Positions 14,132 through 29,053 of a stretch of 64,000 nucleotides of DNA are shown here, one piece after another. The stretch comes from Octopus vulgaris. Its lineage: Eukaryota. The stretch lies in contig OX597833.1 in assembly GCA_951406725.2 (NCBI GenBank), positions 64,356,001 to 64,420,000 on the forward strand. The letters are read 5' to 3'. The notes under the pieces were generated by a model. The model was not told the DNA's origin, did not search any database, and saw only the letters and a program-made list of their open reading frames with translations. The position numbers and the translations under genes were made by a program. The first letter of the stretch is position 1, and the number at the start of each line of letters is the position of its first letter.

Positions 14132-14173
14132 TTACAGTTGAAAAAGTCTCAATGACTGAAACCGGTACTGAAA
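14132..14173 (+). ncRNA. Candidate minimal type I hammerhead ribozyme (U3-A8 core variant)
   Basis: cag-TTGAAAA-agtc-tcaat-gact-GAAA-ccgg-TA-ctg: stem I cag/ctg, stem II agtc/gact, palindromic stem III loop; the fragment is embedded next to (TA)n. Confidence 0.6.
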
Positions 14174-14406
14174 TGTTTTTTATAAAATTATTTTACCATT
14201 TTCTATCTGGACCTTTTTTTCCCATATACATACATACATACATATATATATATGAGTTAATTTCAAGCACACCGTTACATGAACTTACTTACAAGCTCAT
14301 AGATTTTTATTCTTCCTCCACTACTCCTTGCACTTATTCTCCTCTTTCACAACATCCTTTTCTTCCCACTTTATTGTTCCTTTTTTCTGGTTTTAATGTT
14401 TTTAAA

Positions 14407-14448
<42 letters not shown>

Positions 14449-14959
14449 CATATATAAGTTTAAGTTTAACTTGCACCAATATTGGAAACATGCTTTCCTT
14501 CCGTTGTACACCACACTCTCATCGATTATTTCCTCCTTCTCTCTTTTACTCTCTCTCTATATTATTGCCTCCATTCATCCTCTCCTTTCTTTTTTCTGGC
14601 TTTATCTCTGTATCCTCTATTGATTTCCATTGATTGTATATAAAGAAGATTTGCAAGTGTTTAACCATATCATAATGAATGCGTGCCTGAAGATCTACAG
14701 TTTGTGAGATGCCCTACATATTCACCTAAACACACACAGACACAAACACACCCAAACATGCACACACACGTATATATTTCTATAATGAATACATGATATC
14801 TATATTATTAAGAATATAGAAACGATATATTGTAGAAAGGATTGTTAATAATATCAATATTTACATTTATCAAATATATTTCCCGGTCTTAGGAGGAAAC
14901 CTGTGTAGCACAAGGATTAAAATGATACCACATAATCCGATCTTTGTTTTAATATAGCT

Positions 14960-15254
14960 ATGTGTATGAGTGTATGTGTGTGTGTGTGTGTGTATGTGTA
15001 CATTTACATACATACATATATATATATACATATATATACATATACATATATACATATACATAAATATATATATATATATACGTATATATATATATATATA
15101 TATGTGTACATATATATATACACATATACCTATATATATATATACATATATACATATACATATACATATATATATATAAACATATACATATATATATATA
15201 CATATACATATATATATATATATGTATATACACATATATATATACATACATACA

Positions 15255-15288
<34 letters not shown>

Positions 15289-15289
15289 C

Positions 15290-15354
<65 letters not shown>

Positions 15355-15395
15355 TATATGTATATATGTATATATATATATATATATATATGAAT
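14960..15395. repeat. (TA)n/(TACA)n/(TATG)n microsatellite
   Basis: Direct reading. Confidence 0.93.
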
Positions 15396-15497
15396 GCATG
15401 TATACGCATTCATCAATTTGTTTTATTTGCATATATATATGGAATCTGAAACGGTAGCAGGTGGATGTCTTCGCTATATAAACGACAGCCAAACTTC

Positions 15498-15533
<36 letters not shown>

Positions 15534-15645
15534 CCATTTAATTCTCCTTTTTCATTTTCACTTCTCCATATTGTTCAACACAATTAGAGCAACTCGCCGA
15601 ATGCGTATTCATTTCGTTTTATCACTGTCATTATTAATAGACTTT

Positions 15646-15721
15646 TACTACTACTACTACCGACACCACCACCGCCACCACCACCACCATCACCACCACT
15701 ACTACTACTACTACCACCACC

Positions 15722-15756
<35 letters not shown>

Positions 15757-15877
15757 CATCACCCCCACCACCACTACTACTACGACTACTACTACCACCA
15801 CCACCACCACCACTACTACTACTACTACTACCATCACCAACACCACCACCACCACCACCACCACTACCACCACCACC

Positions 15878-15918
<41 letters not shown>

Positions 15919-15925
15919 CACCACC

Positions 15926-15968
<43 letters not shown>

Positions 15969-16030
15969 ATACTACTACCACCGCCACCACCACCACCACC
16001 ACTACTACTAATACTACTACCACCACCACC

Positions 16031-16067
<37 letters not shown>

Positions 16068-16084
16068 TCACCACCACCACCACC

Positions 16085-16151
<67 letters not shown>
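15646..16151. repeat. Alternating (CAC)n/(TAC)n microsatellite
   Basis: Direct reading. Confidence 0.95.
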
Positions 16152-16152
<1 letters not shown>

Positions 16153-16285
16153 ACAACGGGAGGAAGATGTGTTTAAAATAAATTTTACTAATGGCCGCCA
16201 ATAAACTTCTTAATCATTTCTGCAAACATACGATAATACTTCTGCATGTACTTGTGTTTGAGGCGTTGTATGTATGTGTGATATA

Positions 16286-16680
16286 TCTTTATATATAAAA
16301 CTGTAGTTGTGTGAGTGTCTGTCCCCTTCGATTTAGATTCCTAACTACTCCCACATATTGTGGTGCAGTTTAACCAAAACCGGGTATCTTATAGTCGTGA
16401 TTCTTATCGAGCCCTTCTGGGTATTAGCGCTTGTCTACGATAAGTCTACGATTTTAAAAATAATTTAACATCATTTTTTTCCATTTTCATGCATATTTTT
16501 TTAAAGGGAAGTAACTCTCTAAAAATGTCTACGATGAGTCAACGATTTAAAAAAACATTTACCATCATATTTTTTCCATTTTTAATGCATTATTTTGCTA
16601 TTATTTTGCTATAACTCTCTAAAAATGCTTATATAGTTATTTCCCTTACAAACCCGAGCAACGCTGGGCGATACTGCTAG
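16286..16680 (+). mobile_element. Non-autonomous Helitron
   Basis: 5' TCTTTATATATAAAA, subterminal GC hairpin CCCGAGC-AAC-GCTGGG (16653-16668), 3' CTAG, inserted between A (16285) and T (16681) with no TSD; contains an internal ~110-bp duplication. Confidence 0.85.
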
Positions 16681-16917
16681 TTATAATATAAATTGGACAT
16701 GGGCGATCGTTGTATTCTTTCTTGTCTTGAGGTTCACAGCCAAACGGCTGGGTGGATTCGCATGAAAAAATGGCACACATATGCAGACGGGTGCATATTT
16801 TGGAATGCAGTTTGTATTTTTTTCCTAGCCCCCATACGCACCGAGAAAATCGATTAAAACGGTGAATGTGCCGTAATCGACATACTAATAGATACATATC
16901 CAAAGTCCAAATAGTTA

Positions 16918-16959
16918 CATACATGCACACATACATACATACATACATACATACATACA

Positions 16960-16993
<34 letters not shown>

Positions 16994-17106
16994 CATACAT
17001 GCATACATACATACACATATGCATGCATACATACATACATACATACATACATGCACACATACATACATACATACATACATGCATACATACATGCATACAT
17101 ACATAC

Positions 17107-17137
<31 letters not shown>

Positions 17138-17349
17138 CATACATACATACATACATACATACATACATACATACTTACATACATACATATTTACATTCAT
17201 ACATACATACATACATACATACATACATACACATACATGCATACATACATAAATACATACATACATGCATACATAAATACATACATACATACATACATGC
17301 ACACATATATACATACATACATACATGCATACATACATACATACATGCA

Positions 17350-17381
<32 letters not shown>

Positions 17382-18715
17382 CATACATACATACATACAT
17401 ACATACATACATACATACATACATACATACATACATACATACATACATACATACATACATACATACATACATACATACATACATACATACATACATACAT
17501 ACATACATACATACATACATACATACATACATACATACATACATACATACATACATACATACATACATACATACATACATACATACATACATACATACAT
17601 ACATACATACATACATACATACATACATACATACATACATACATACATACATACATACATACATACATACATACATACATACATACATACATACATACAT
17701 ACATACATACATACATACATACATACATACATACATACATACATACATACATACATACATACATACATACATACATACATACATACATACATACATACAT
17801 ACATACATACATACATACATGCATCATACATACATACATACATACATACATACATACATACATACATACATACATACATACATACATACATACATACATA
17901 CATACATACATACATACATACATACATACATACATACATACATACATACATACATACATGCATGCATACATACATACATACATACATACATACATACATA
18001 CATACATACATACATACATACATACATACATACATACATACATACATACATACATACATACATACATACATACATACATACATACATGCATACATACATA
18101 CATACATACATACATACATACATACATGCATGCATACATACATACATACATACATGCATACATACATACATACATACATACATACATACATACATACATA
18201 CATACATACATACATACATACATACATACATACATACATACATACATACATACATACATACATACATACATACATACATACATACATACATACATACATA
18301 CATACATACATACATACATACATACATACATACATACATACATACATACATACATACATACATACATACATACATACATACATACATACATACATACATA
18401 CATACATACATACATACATACATACATACATACATACATACATGCATGCATACATACATACATACATACATACATACATACATACATACATACATACATA
18501 CATACATACATACATACATACATACATGCATACATACATACATACATACATACATACATACATACATACATACATACATACATACATACATACATACATA
18601 CATACATACATACATACATACATACATACATACATACATACATACATACATACATACATACATACATACATACATACATACATACATACATACATGCATG
18701 CATGCATACATACAC
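16918..18715. repeat. ~1.8-kb (CATA)n microsatellite
   Basis: Direct reading; source of the YIHT/MYVC pseudo-ORFs. Confidence 0.98.
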
Positions 18716-19040
18716 ACAGTAAATATTTCTGACAATTTCCTCATGCAAAAATCCGAGTATATACAATTTAGGGAATTTTACATGTACCTGAGTTAATTTC
18801 AAGCACACAGTTACATGAACTTACTTACAAGCTCATAGATTTTTATTCTTCCTCCACTACTCGTTGCACTTATTCTTCTCTTTCACAGTATTCCTTTTCT
18901 TCCCCATTTATTGCACTGTTTTTTTTCTTGTTTTAATGTTTTTTTAAATTCATATATTAATGGTGCATTTGATCGTATCATGCATACTGGAGATTTTGAG
19001 TCTGAGTTTTCGACCTAAAATTATGGTTAAACCAGTCATT

Positions 19041-19260
19041 ACTCTCTTTTACTCTTTTACTTGCTTCAGTCATTTGACTGGGGCCATGCTGGAGCACCAC
19101 CTTTAGTCGAGCAAATCGACACCAAGACTTACTCCTAGTAAGCCTAGTACTTATTCTATCGGTCTCATTCGCTGAACCGCTAAGTGGCTGGGACGTAAAC
19201 ACACCAGCATCGGTTGTCAAGCGATGCTAGGGAGACAAACAGACACACAAACATATACAT

Positions 19261-19352
<92 letters not shown>

Positions 19353-19515
19353 CGACAGGCTTCTTCCAATTTCCGTCTACGAAATCCACTCACAAGGCTT
19401 TGGTCGGCCCGAGGCTATAGCAGAAGACACTTGCCCAAGATGCCATGCGTTGGGACTGAACCCAGGACTATGTGGCTGGTAAGCAAGCTACTTACCACAC
19501 AGCCACTCCTGCGCC
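19041..19515 (-). mobile_element. SINE family B, full length
   Basis: Head to tail match to 5374-5740, with an expanded internal (TA)n. Confidence 0.9.
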
Positions 19516-20313
19516 TATTTAAATTTTCTTTACAGCTCTATCCGTTTCGAGATTCACCATTCAAGTGAAGTTTAAAATTTGTTATGACATGAACTAGAAA
19601 ATAAGAATAAATCTTATAAAATGGACACAGATATTTAATGGTAAGTTTTGCTCCTGTGAGAGAACTCTAGTTTCCCGAAGCTGTAAGATCGAGTCCCACA
19701 GGCTGCCTTCAACCCTTTCCCATACAAAAAGGTCGTTTTACTCATCCTTTACAGGCTATTATTTATAGTTTTATCTCATTCGAAATTCACAAAAAGAAAA
19801 AGAAAATATCAATACATATTTTAACAGTTATATCATCCATTCACCAGATACCTTGTTTTTAAATCTTTGAGCAAATTTCCTCCAATAAGCGTTCGATCGC
19901 TGCTTTGATTGATAATTATGGCTGCCGGTAATTATTTTTATAATGTTTTATTTGTTCAATGATCGGCTGAAAGTCGGTAAAGCTTATCGCCGAGTAACGA
20001 TTCCATTTGCTTTTTGTTTACAATAAAACTTTTTAAATTCCAGCCAAAATCTTATGCAGCCATCCACACCTATCCACACACACACACATGTATGTGTATA
20101 CATGTACACACGTGCTTGTAATAATGTGTATGTGAACCTATATATATATATATATTGATGTATATATGTATAGTATAAATATATACATATGCTTGCATTA
20201 ATATATATGTATACATGCATAGGGGCCTTCTTACAAACACATACATATAATATATACATAGAAATATATGTATATTTATATGCAATTGCATATGTGTGTG
20301 TATACAAACATAC

Positions 20314-20344
<31 letters not shown>

Positions 20345-20562
20345 GACACACAGATATATATGTATGTGTGTATATATATATATATATACATACATACACA
20401 CAGATACAGAGACACACATATATCTGTATATGTGTATGCATATATATATATATATATATGTACATATATATATATATATTTATGTATGTATATATATCTA
20501 TATATATATATATATATATATGGTAAAAAAACCACCTTGTTAATTCGTTTTTCTTTCGCTCT

Positions 20563-20598
<36 letters not shown>

Positions 20599-21237
20599 AT
20601 CTTTCTGTTTCTCTTTGAGGCTGCTGCTTCCATATTTAAAGCCAATATATTGCACCAACTAAAAAGTGTGAAAACATAGACAAATCTCATGAATATAATA
20701 TTAGTAGCATATTTTCTTTTTTTTTTTTTTACTAATTCAATGAATTTTATACAAATATTGATTTTACACTGACTAGACAAAAGTGTAACATTAAACAACT
20801 TAATACTTTGGAAGAGATTAAAGATGAATATCTTTGAATTCGATTTTTTTTTCTTTTTGAGAAAATTTTCATAATTTTCTATAATTTCCCTCTTCTATAG
20901 AAATCGAAAAAAAAATTATCTATTTATTGAATAATTTATATTTAAAAGGTAAATGAGTGAAACCTAGGATGATTCATGTTTTGTCTAAAATATCTTCTAA
21001 GAAGCTATGAATATTGGTTTAATACTGATTTCTTCACATGTGTTTAGTGGACTGAGAGAGTTGATCGAATGTTCGACAAAATGGCGACCGTGATTTACAG
21101 ATTTAGTTATATGCAGCCGACCGATATGTGACCGCAGATTCAGAGTCGCAAGGGCATCGAACAAATATATGTTGCAATATTTAGTTACAAATCTTTCGTT
21201 TATAGTTTCGAATTTCGCTGTTGTCAAATTTTCGATC

Positions 21238-21611
21238 GAACTTTATTCCATAATCGATACTGTAATAGACCTGCCACGATGTGTTCGATAACTTTACTTT
21301 CTGACCCAAATATGTAACGACAATTCGATCATGTTTTTTAGTATTCTACATGCTGTAGTTATTGGAATGCCGCCATGCCTGAACAGTGCCTGGTCGTGTC
21401 AGTGAAACAGATTGGCTTCAGTTCTTGTTGTCAGTATGATATCTTTCTATCGGATCCTATATTCGAACCGCTAAGTAACGGAGACTAAAGCAAAGAGAGC
21501 CTGTCGTCAGACAGTGTTGGGCATATACGAAAATTCATACTTTTACATACACACAGGTTTATGTATGTATGTATGTATGTATGTATGTATGTATGTATGT
21601 GTGTATGTATG

Positions 21612-21645
<34 letters not shown>

Positions 21646-21700
21646 CGTACGTATCTATCTATCTATCTATCTAGATAGATAGGTAGATAGATAGATAGAC

Positions 21701-21781
<81 letters not shown>

Positions 21782-22121
21782 CGTACGTACATACATACAT
21801 AAACCTGTGTGTATGTAAAAGTATGAATTTTCGTATATGCCCAACACTGTCTGACGACAGGCTCTCTTTGCTTTAGTCTCCGTTACTTAGCGGTTCGAAT
21901 ATAGGATCCGATAGAAATATATCATACTGACAACAAGAACTGAAGCCAATCTGTTTCACTGACACGACCAGGCACTGTTCAGGCATGGCGGCATTCCAAT
22001 AACTACAGCATGTAGAATACTAAAAAACATGATCGAATTGTCGTTACATATTTGGGTCAGAAAGTAAAGTTATCGAACACATCGTGGCAGGTCTATTACA
22101 GTATCAATTATGGAATAAAGT

Positions 22122-22123
<2 letters not shown>
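21238..22123. repeat. Near-perfect palindrome (local inverted duplication)
   Basis: 21238-~21560 is the reverse complement of ~21800-22123 with 2 mismatches seen. The centre is the TATC/GATA switch (CTAG, 21671-21674). Confidence 0.95.
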
Positions 22124-22202
<79 letters not shown>

Positions 22203-22222
22203 ACATATATATATATACATAT

Positions 22223-22680
22223 ATATATTTATAAAAAAGAAATTTGAAAACGTCACTATATAAGATAAATCTTAATTTTCTTAGAAAATTTACATGTTCC
22301 GGTTCTTCTTGAAAAAACAAACCTTATCAAAGATATTTTAAAAAGTTAAGTGTAATAAAAATGTTCATAATTGTTTCTTACTGGTCTCAACAGAATCTAC
22401 GTGGTAATGTTTTGTGGAGAGGAAGCATAATAGTTGTAAATTTATTACATTTAACTTTAAATTTACAGCTATTATGCTTACTCTCCACAAAAAACCACCA
22501 CGTGGATTCTGTTGAGACCAGTAAGAAATAATTATGAACATTTTTATTACACTTAACTTTTAAAAATATTCTTGATAAGGTTCGTTTTTTTCAAGAAGAA
22601 CCGAAACATGTAAAATTACTAACAAAATTAAAATATATCTTATATAGTAGCGTTTTCAAACTTCTTTTTTATAAATATAT
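22223..22680. repeat. Diverged ~220-bp-arm hairpin, probably two inverted Penelope pLTR fragments
   Basis: Arms 22223-22444 and 22458-22680 with a 13-nt loop; flanked by (TA)n; each arm carries a hammerhead-like motif. Confidence 0.8.
22568..22616 (+). ncRNA. Candidate minimal hammerhead ribozyme (U3-A8 core variant)
   Basis: TTGATAA-ggttc...gaacc-GAAA-catg-TA-aaat; stem I is weak in this copy. Confidence 0.5.
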
Positions 22681-22712
22681 ACCCACTCGTATACGATCTG
22701 CACGTATTATAA

Positions 22713-23593
<881 letters not shown>

Positions 23594-24049
23594 TAATAAT
23601 ACTTAGAGGTATTACTTCCACTGCTACGACCATGACCACTAACAACAACAACAATACTAAAGGTGATCAAGATGAAGATAGCAGGAAAATTATCTTATTT
23701 AAGGTTAAAAGTTCTATTGCCACAACCATCACTACTAGCAACAATAATTAAGGTGCTGACAATGATGATGATGTCAATTGAAATATAAAAATCCCTTAAA
23801 ACATTTCTAAAAATAGCCCAACAATTGCTGCCTCGGCCAGGGTTAAGATACAGGACTCTTGACATGTTCAACAAAGCGTGACGCCTAAACCAATCAGCTT
23901 AAGTAATTGAGTGATGCTACACACTGATTGGTCAGAATACAGTTTGCAAAACCTAGCAATCTGGAGCCCCCACACCTGTATTTAAGGCAAAGATTTAATC
24001 ATCTCGCTACAGTCAAAAATTGTGAAGCATGACTGTCACCACTACTACA

Positions 24050-24094
24050 TGAACCTGAAGATTGCAGAATTTAATGCATGAAAGTACTAGTTCA
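24050..24094 (+). ncRNA. Minimal type I hammerhead ribozyme of the PLE pLTR
   Basis: tgaac-CTGAAGA-t-tgca-gaatttaa-tgca-t-GAAA-gtac-TA-gttca; minimal hammerheads in pLTRs are an established PLE feature. Confidence 0.75.
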
Positions 24095-24213
24095 ATCAGA
24101 ATGAACATTTAACATTCTATTATTTTATTATATTCTATTATATTATCTTCTATTATATCATTATAAGATTGTAAATAAAACGTGAAAATCAGACAAGGTT
24201 GGAATTCCTTTTA

Positions 24214-24251
<38 letters not shown>

Positions 24252-24290
24252 TGATTGATTTTAGTTTCAGCTCATTGAGCTAATACTAGA

Positions 24291-24584
<294 letters not shown>

Positions 24585-25021
24585 GTACATATTCTACATT
24601 CAGCATGGCCGCAGCTATGAGCTGAAACTAAAGAGAGAAAAAAATATATATATATGCACCGAGCATCACGTTAATAGCTTAGGAGTAAAATTTAGGATTT
24701 CTCTGTTTTCTGTGAATCGGTGTCTTACCACACGGACACACCAGCGCCTGGCCACGCCTGCGCCTATGTATAGTAGAATAAGGAAAAGAAAATCTTTTAT
24801 ACAGTATTATATATATATGAAGAAAATGAACAGAAATAACTTTTAGAGATAATTTTCCCACTTTAATAATTAGAGGTTTATAAGTGAAGAAACTTGGTAA
24901 ATATTGAATTATTAAAATGGAACAAATAATCTGAAAAGACATTTTCAATCATTTTCAAATATATATGTGTGTGTTTGTGTGTGTATTTATTTATGTGTGT
25001 GTATGTATGTATATGTATATA

Positions 25022-25123
<102 letters not shown>

Positions 25124-25149
25124 TCTTCTACGCATTGTACGTCAATTTT

Positions 25150-25360
25150 TTTTCTTTATTCTGTTTCAGTCATTTGAGTGTGGCCATGCTGGAGCAGCGC
25201 CTTTAGTCGAGCAAATCGACCTCAGGACTTATTCTTTGTATGCCTAGTACTTATTCTATCGGTCTCTCTTGCCGAACCGCTAAGTTACGGGAACGTAAAC
25301 ACACCAGCATAGTGTTGTCAAGCGATGCTGAGGTACAAACCCAGACACACAAACATATAT

Positions 25361-25449
<89 letters not shown>

Positions 25450-25595
25450 ACGGACTTCTATTAGTTTCCGTCTACCAAATCCACTCACAAGGCTTTGGTC
25501 GACCTGAGGCTATAGCAGAAGACACTCGCCCAAGTTGCCACGCAGTGGAACTGAACCCGAAACCATGTGGCTGCTAAGCAAGCTACTTACTACAC
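25150..25595 (-). mobile_element. SINE family B
   Basis: Match to the other B copies. Confidence 0.85.
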
Positions 25596-26075
25596 TTCAC
25601 ACAACATTAGTCAACCTCGGGAATCTAGTAAAAAAACACTTGCACAAGGTGACGTTCAGCTAAAGGAATCAAGAGGAAACCAGACGACAGCGAAGCAAAA
25701 TTTATTACACTGCCGTATCTGCATCTGTGTGTGCTAGGAATGGATAATGCTCTACGCCATAATCAAAAGACAGCTTCTTTTCTTTATCACTTGCTTGTGG
25801 CGGAAACGATTTAATCAATTACGTTGCTCTATGTTCAGGCATTTTTTTTTTTCAGTTTAATTTTACCATAAACCAGAGAAGAAAGAAAAGTTGATCTTGC
25901 TATAATTTTAAACTGAAGTAATAAATGTACTCGCATAATTAGGAGCAGGGCTTTGTAGCTGCGTAGATTCTTTGTAAGTAGGAATTTTCTATCCCTTACT
26001 ATCAGTATTAGTGAACACATGAAAACATTCTTTGAATAAAACGCATATAATCAGAAAAATATGAGTAAGTGTGCT

Positions 26076-26614
26076 GGGACAAATTGGGTCAAATTATTTG
26101 CAGCCTATGAGGGACAAATTATTTGTAGTCTATGAGGGACAAATTGGGACAAATTATTTGTAGTCTTTGAGGGACAAATTATTTGTAGTCTATGAGGGAC
26201 AAATTGGGACAAATTATTTGTAGTCTTTGAGAGACAAATTGGGATAAATTATTTGTAGTCTATGAGGGGCAAATTGGGACAAATTATTTGTAGTCTATGA
26301 GGGGCAAATTGGGACAAATTATTTGTAGTCTATGAGGGACAAATTGGGTCAAATTATTTGCAGCCTATGAGGGACAAATTATTTGTAGTCTATGAGGGAC
26401 AAATTGGGACAAATTATTTGTAGTCTTTGAGAGACAAATTGGGATAAATTATTTGTAGTCTATGAGGGGCAAATTGGGACAAATTATTTGTAGTCTATGA
26501 GGGGCAAATTGGGACAAATTATTTGTAGTCTTTGAGGGACAAATTGGGACAAATTATTTGTTGTCTACGAGGGAAAAAGCGGAACAAATTATTTCTAGTC
26601 TATGAGGAACAAAT
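26076..26614. repeat. Minisatellite of 10-bp (GGGACAAATT) and 15-bp (ATTTGTAGTCTATGA) modules
   Basis: 25/35-bp periods; variant modules recur 260 and 200 bp apart. Confidence 0.95.
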
Positions 26615-27085
26615 AATGCAGTCACTGTCTAATTCTTATTTCTGTTTTTATTTAAGTTTGGGGTAAGAGCAAAACAACGTTTTTGAAAGGTACTTCAAAG
26701 AAAATAGAAAAATATTTTCACAGAGTAGAAAAGAGTGTTAAGTGCTAATGCAGTGTTTTTCAATCTGTTTGGAATGACATACCAGCGTTCCGCAAAATGA
26801 TGTCAATGTAAAGCGATTCCATTTAACACAAGTAGCAGTTTGTAACTCTCAATGTCGTAGCAATGAACTGGAGCGTAACAAATTGAGACTCAATGGATAT
26901 GCACCGCTAGGAATACTATTAATATAAACATATCTGATATTCAATTTCTGAACATTAGAAGCAGATGAAGCAGATGGCTACAGGAGCAGGTGACTGTTGC
27001 ATGTGAGTAAAAAATATACTCAAATAGTCAGTTGTTGATGTCATGTAAGTTGTTCCTCATTCCCATAGAAAAATACATCAAGTCT

Positions 27086-27473
27086 CGTGGTACTCCGTCG
27101 GTTACGACGACGAGGGTTACAGTTGATACGATCAACGGAACAGCCTGCTCGTGAAATTAACGTGCAAGTGGTTGCGCACTCCACGTTAATACGTGTACCC
27201 TTAACGTAGTTCTCGGGTGAGATTCAGCGTTACACAGAGTGTGACAAGGCTGGCCCTTTGAAATATAGGTACAACAGAAACAAGAAGAAAGAGTGAGAGG
27301 AAGTTGGGGTGAAAGAGTACAGCAAGGTTTGTCACCACTTTCTACCGGAGCCTCGTGGAACTTTTAGGTGTTTTCTCTCTATAAACACTCACAAGGCCCG
27401 GTCTGGGAATCGAAACCGTGATCCTACGACCGCGAGTCCGCTGCCCTAATCGCTGGGTCATTGCGCCTCCACA
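27086..27473 (-). mobile_element. SINE family C, full length, 11-bp TSD
   Basis: ACATCAAGTCT at 27075-27085 and 27474-27484. Confidence 0.9.
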
Positions 27474-28655
27474 ACATCAAGTCTATTGAATAAAGGTATC
27501 AAGAATAAAGTGTCAAGAATAAAAGTAAAATCAAGCATCACTTTTGGAACACAGACCGGAATCTTTGTAAAGACCGGAATCGGTTAACAAGAGTTAAAAT
27601 ATCCGATTGACACTATATCAATTAATAGTAAGATGATTAAACTTAAAGTTTACTTTAAAGGGATTGGAGCTCATGTCGCAGGGAATAGAAACGAGACAAT
27701 CTTTCGGTCACCATAAATTCGGCGCCGTTTTCGAATAATTTGTCGATGAAGAATATAAAATGTATAGCGACATTTGTTCCGGCTTTACGTCCTGCGTTCA
27801 AATTTCCTGATGTCTTCTTGACCTGTTACATTTGGCCGCGCATAAAAAAGTACCAGTTGCGCACTGGGGCTGATGAAATCCCTTTCAGACTCGCATCAAA
27901 ATTACTAGCATTGTGACAAATTTTGACAGGGTTATTTACATTTTACTGGACAAGAGCAGCGCTGAATTGTCCCGAAATTATTTTCTCTTCATCAGTGAAC
28001 TTAATCACATATAAAATTATAGAACCAGTAAGTGAACGGTCAACATACTATACAAGGGCGGACCCAAGGTCGTGGGCCGTTCTGAAGGGTACGTGCGCCC
28101 TTCTATGTTATGTTATTCCGTCCTTTTATCTCCTTCTAACCTTGTGCCCTCCCTTCAAAAAATTCCTGGGACTGCACCGAGTATACTAGATGCTGGAGGT
28201 AAACAGAATTGTTTTGGCATAAACGAACTTATTGCTACAAAGTCGAGGTCGGTGCAGATTGAACTCGGTTCAGGATGAATCAAAAAGTATAACTCGAAAG
28301 TAATTTCCGCCCTATATATACTTTAGTGCAGTGACCTGCTGATCTTGTCACATCAAGTCCGCCATGTTGCTCAGAGATTAACCCAAAATATGACAATGAC
28401 AATGGAAAATCAGTTTTGATAGAGTAACGTCATTTCTGAAATATTTCTTATTTTTTTGTTCTTTGTGTTTGAATAGACGCAGATATACAGCTGTGTGTGG
28501 GTGTGTGCGAGTGAGTGTTTATGAGGGAGAGAATAAGAGTTTGTGCGTATTTGTCTGACTTGAGATAAACTCCATTGTTACAGAACCATTCAGATATATT
28601 TGTTATACATATATGTGTGTACGCGCGTGTGTATGTCTGTATGTGTGTATATATA

Positions 28656-28699
<44 letters not shown>

Positions 28700-28988
28700 T
28701 ATATATATATACATATATATATATGCATATAAACATATATATATATGTATATATATGTATATATATGTGCATATATACATACATATATATATATATATAT
28801 ACGTTATTCACGTGCATTTATATGAATACAGTTTTAGAGAAATATGTTTTATTGCGAGTGCGAGTATGTATGCGTAGACTTTTACATACTTACATACATA
28901 CTTGCATGCATACATGTATACATATATGTAATTATATATATGTATGTGTGTGTGCGTATGTATATATGTACACACGCTTATACATATA

Positions 28989-29053
<65 letters not shown>

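Noticed and set aside
16646-18808. ORFs of 300-720 aa (MYVC/YIHT repeats)
   Set aside because: Stop-free (CATA)n microsatellite open in most frames; no coding signal.
26076-26614. CRISPR-like periodic repeat
   Set aside because: No unique spacers, no cas genes, eukaryotic context.
28053-28180. Harbinger-like MITE (AAGGGCGGACCCAAGG...CCTGGGACTGCACC)
   Set aside because: Ends too degenerate and no TSD.
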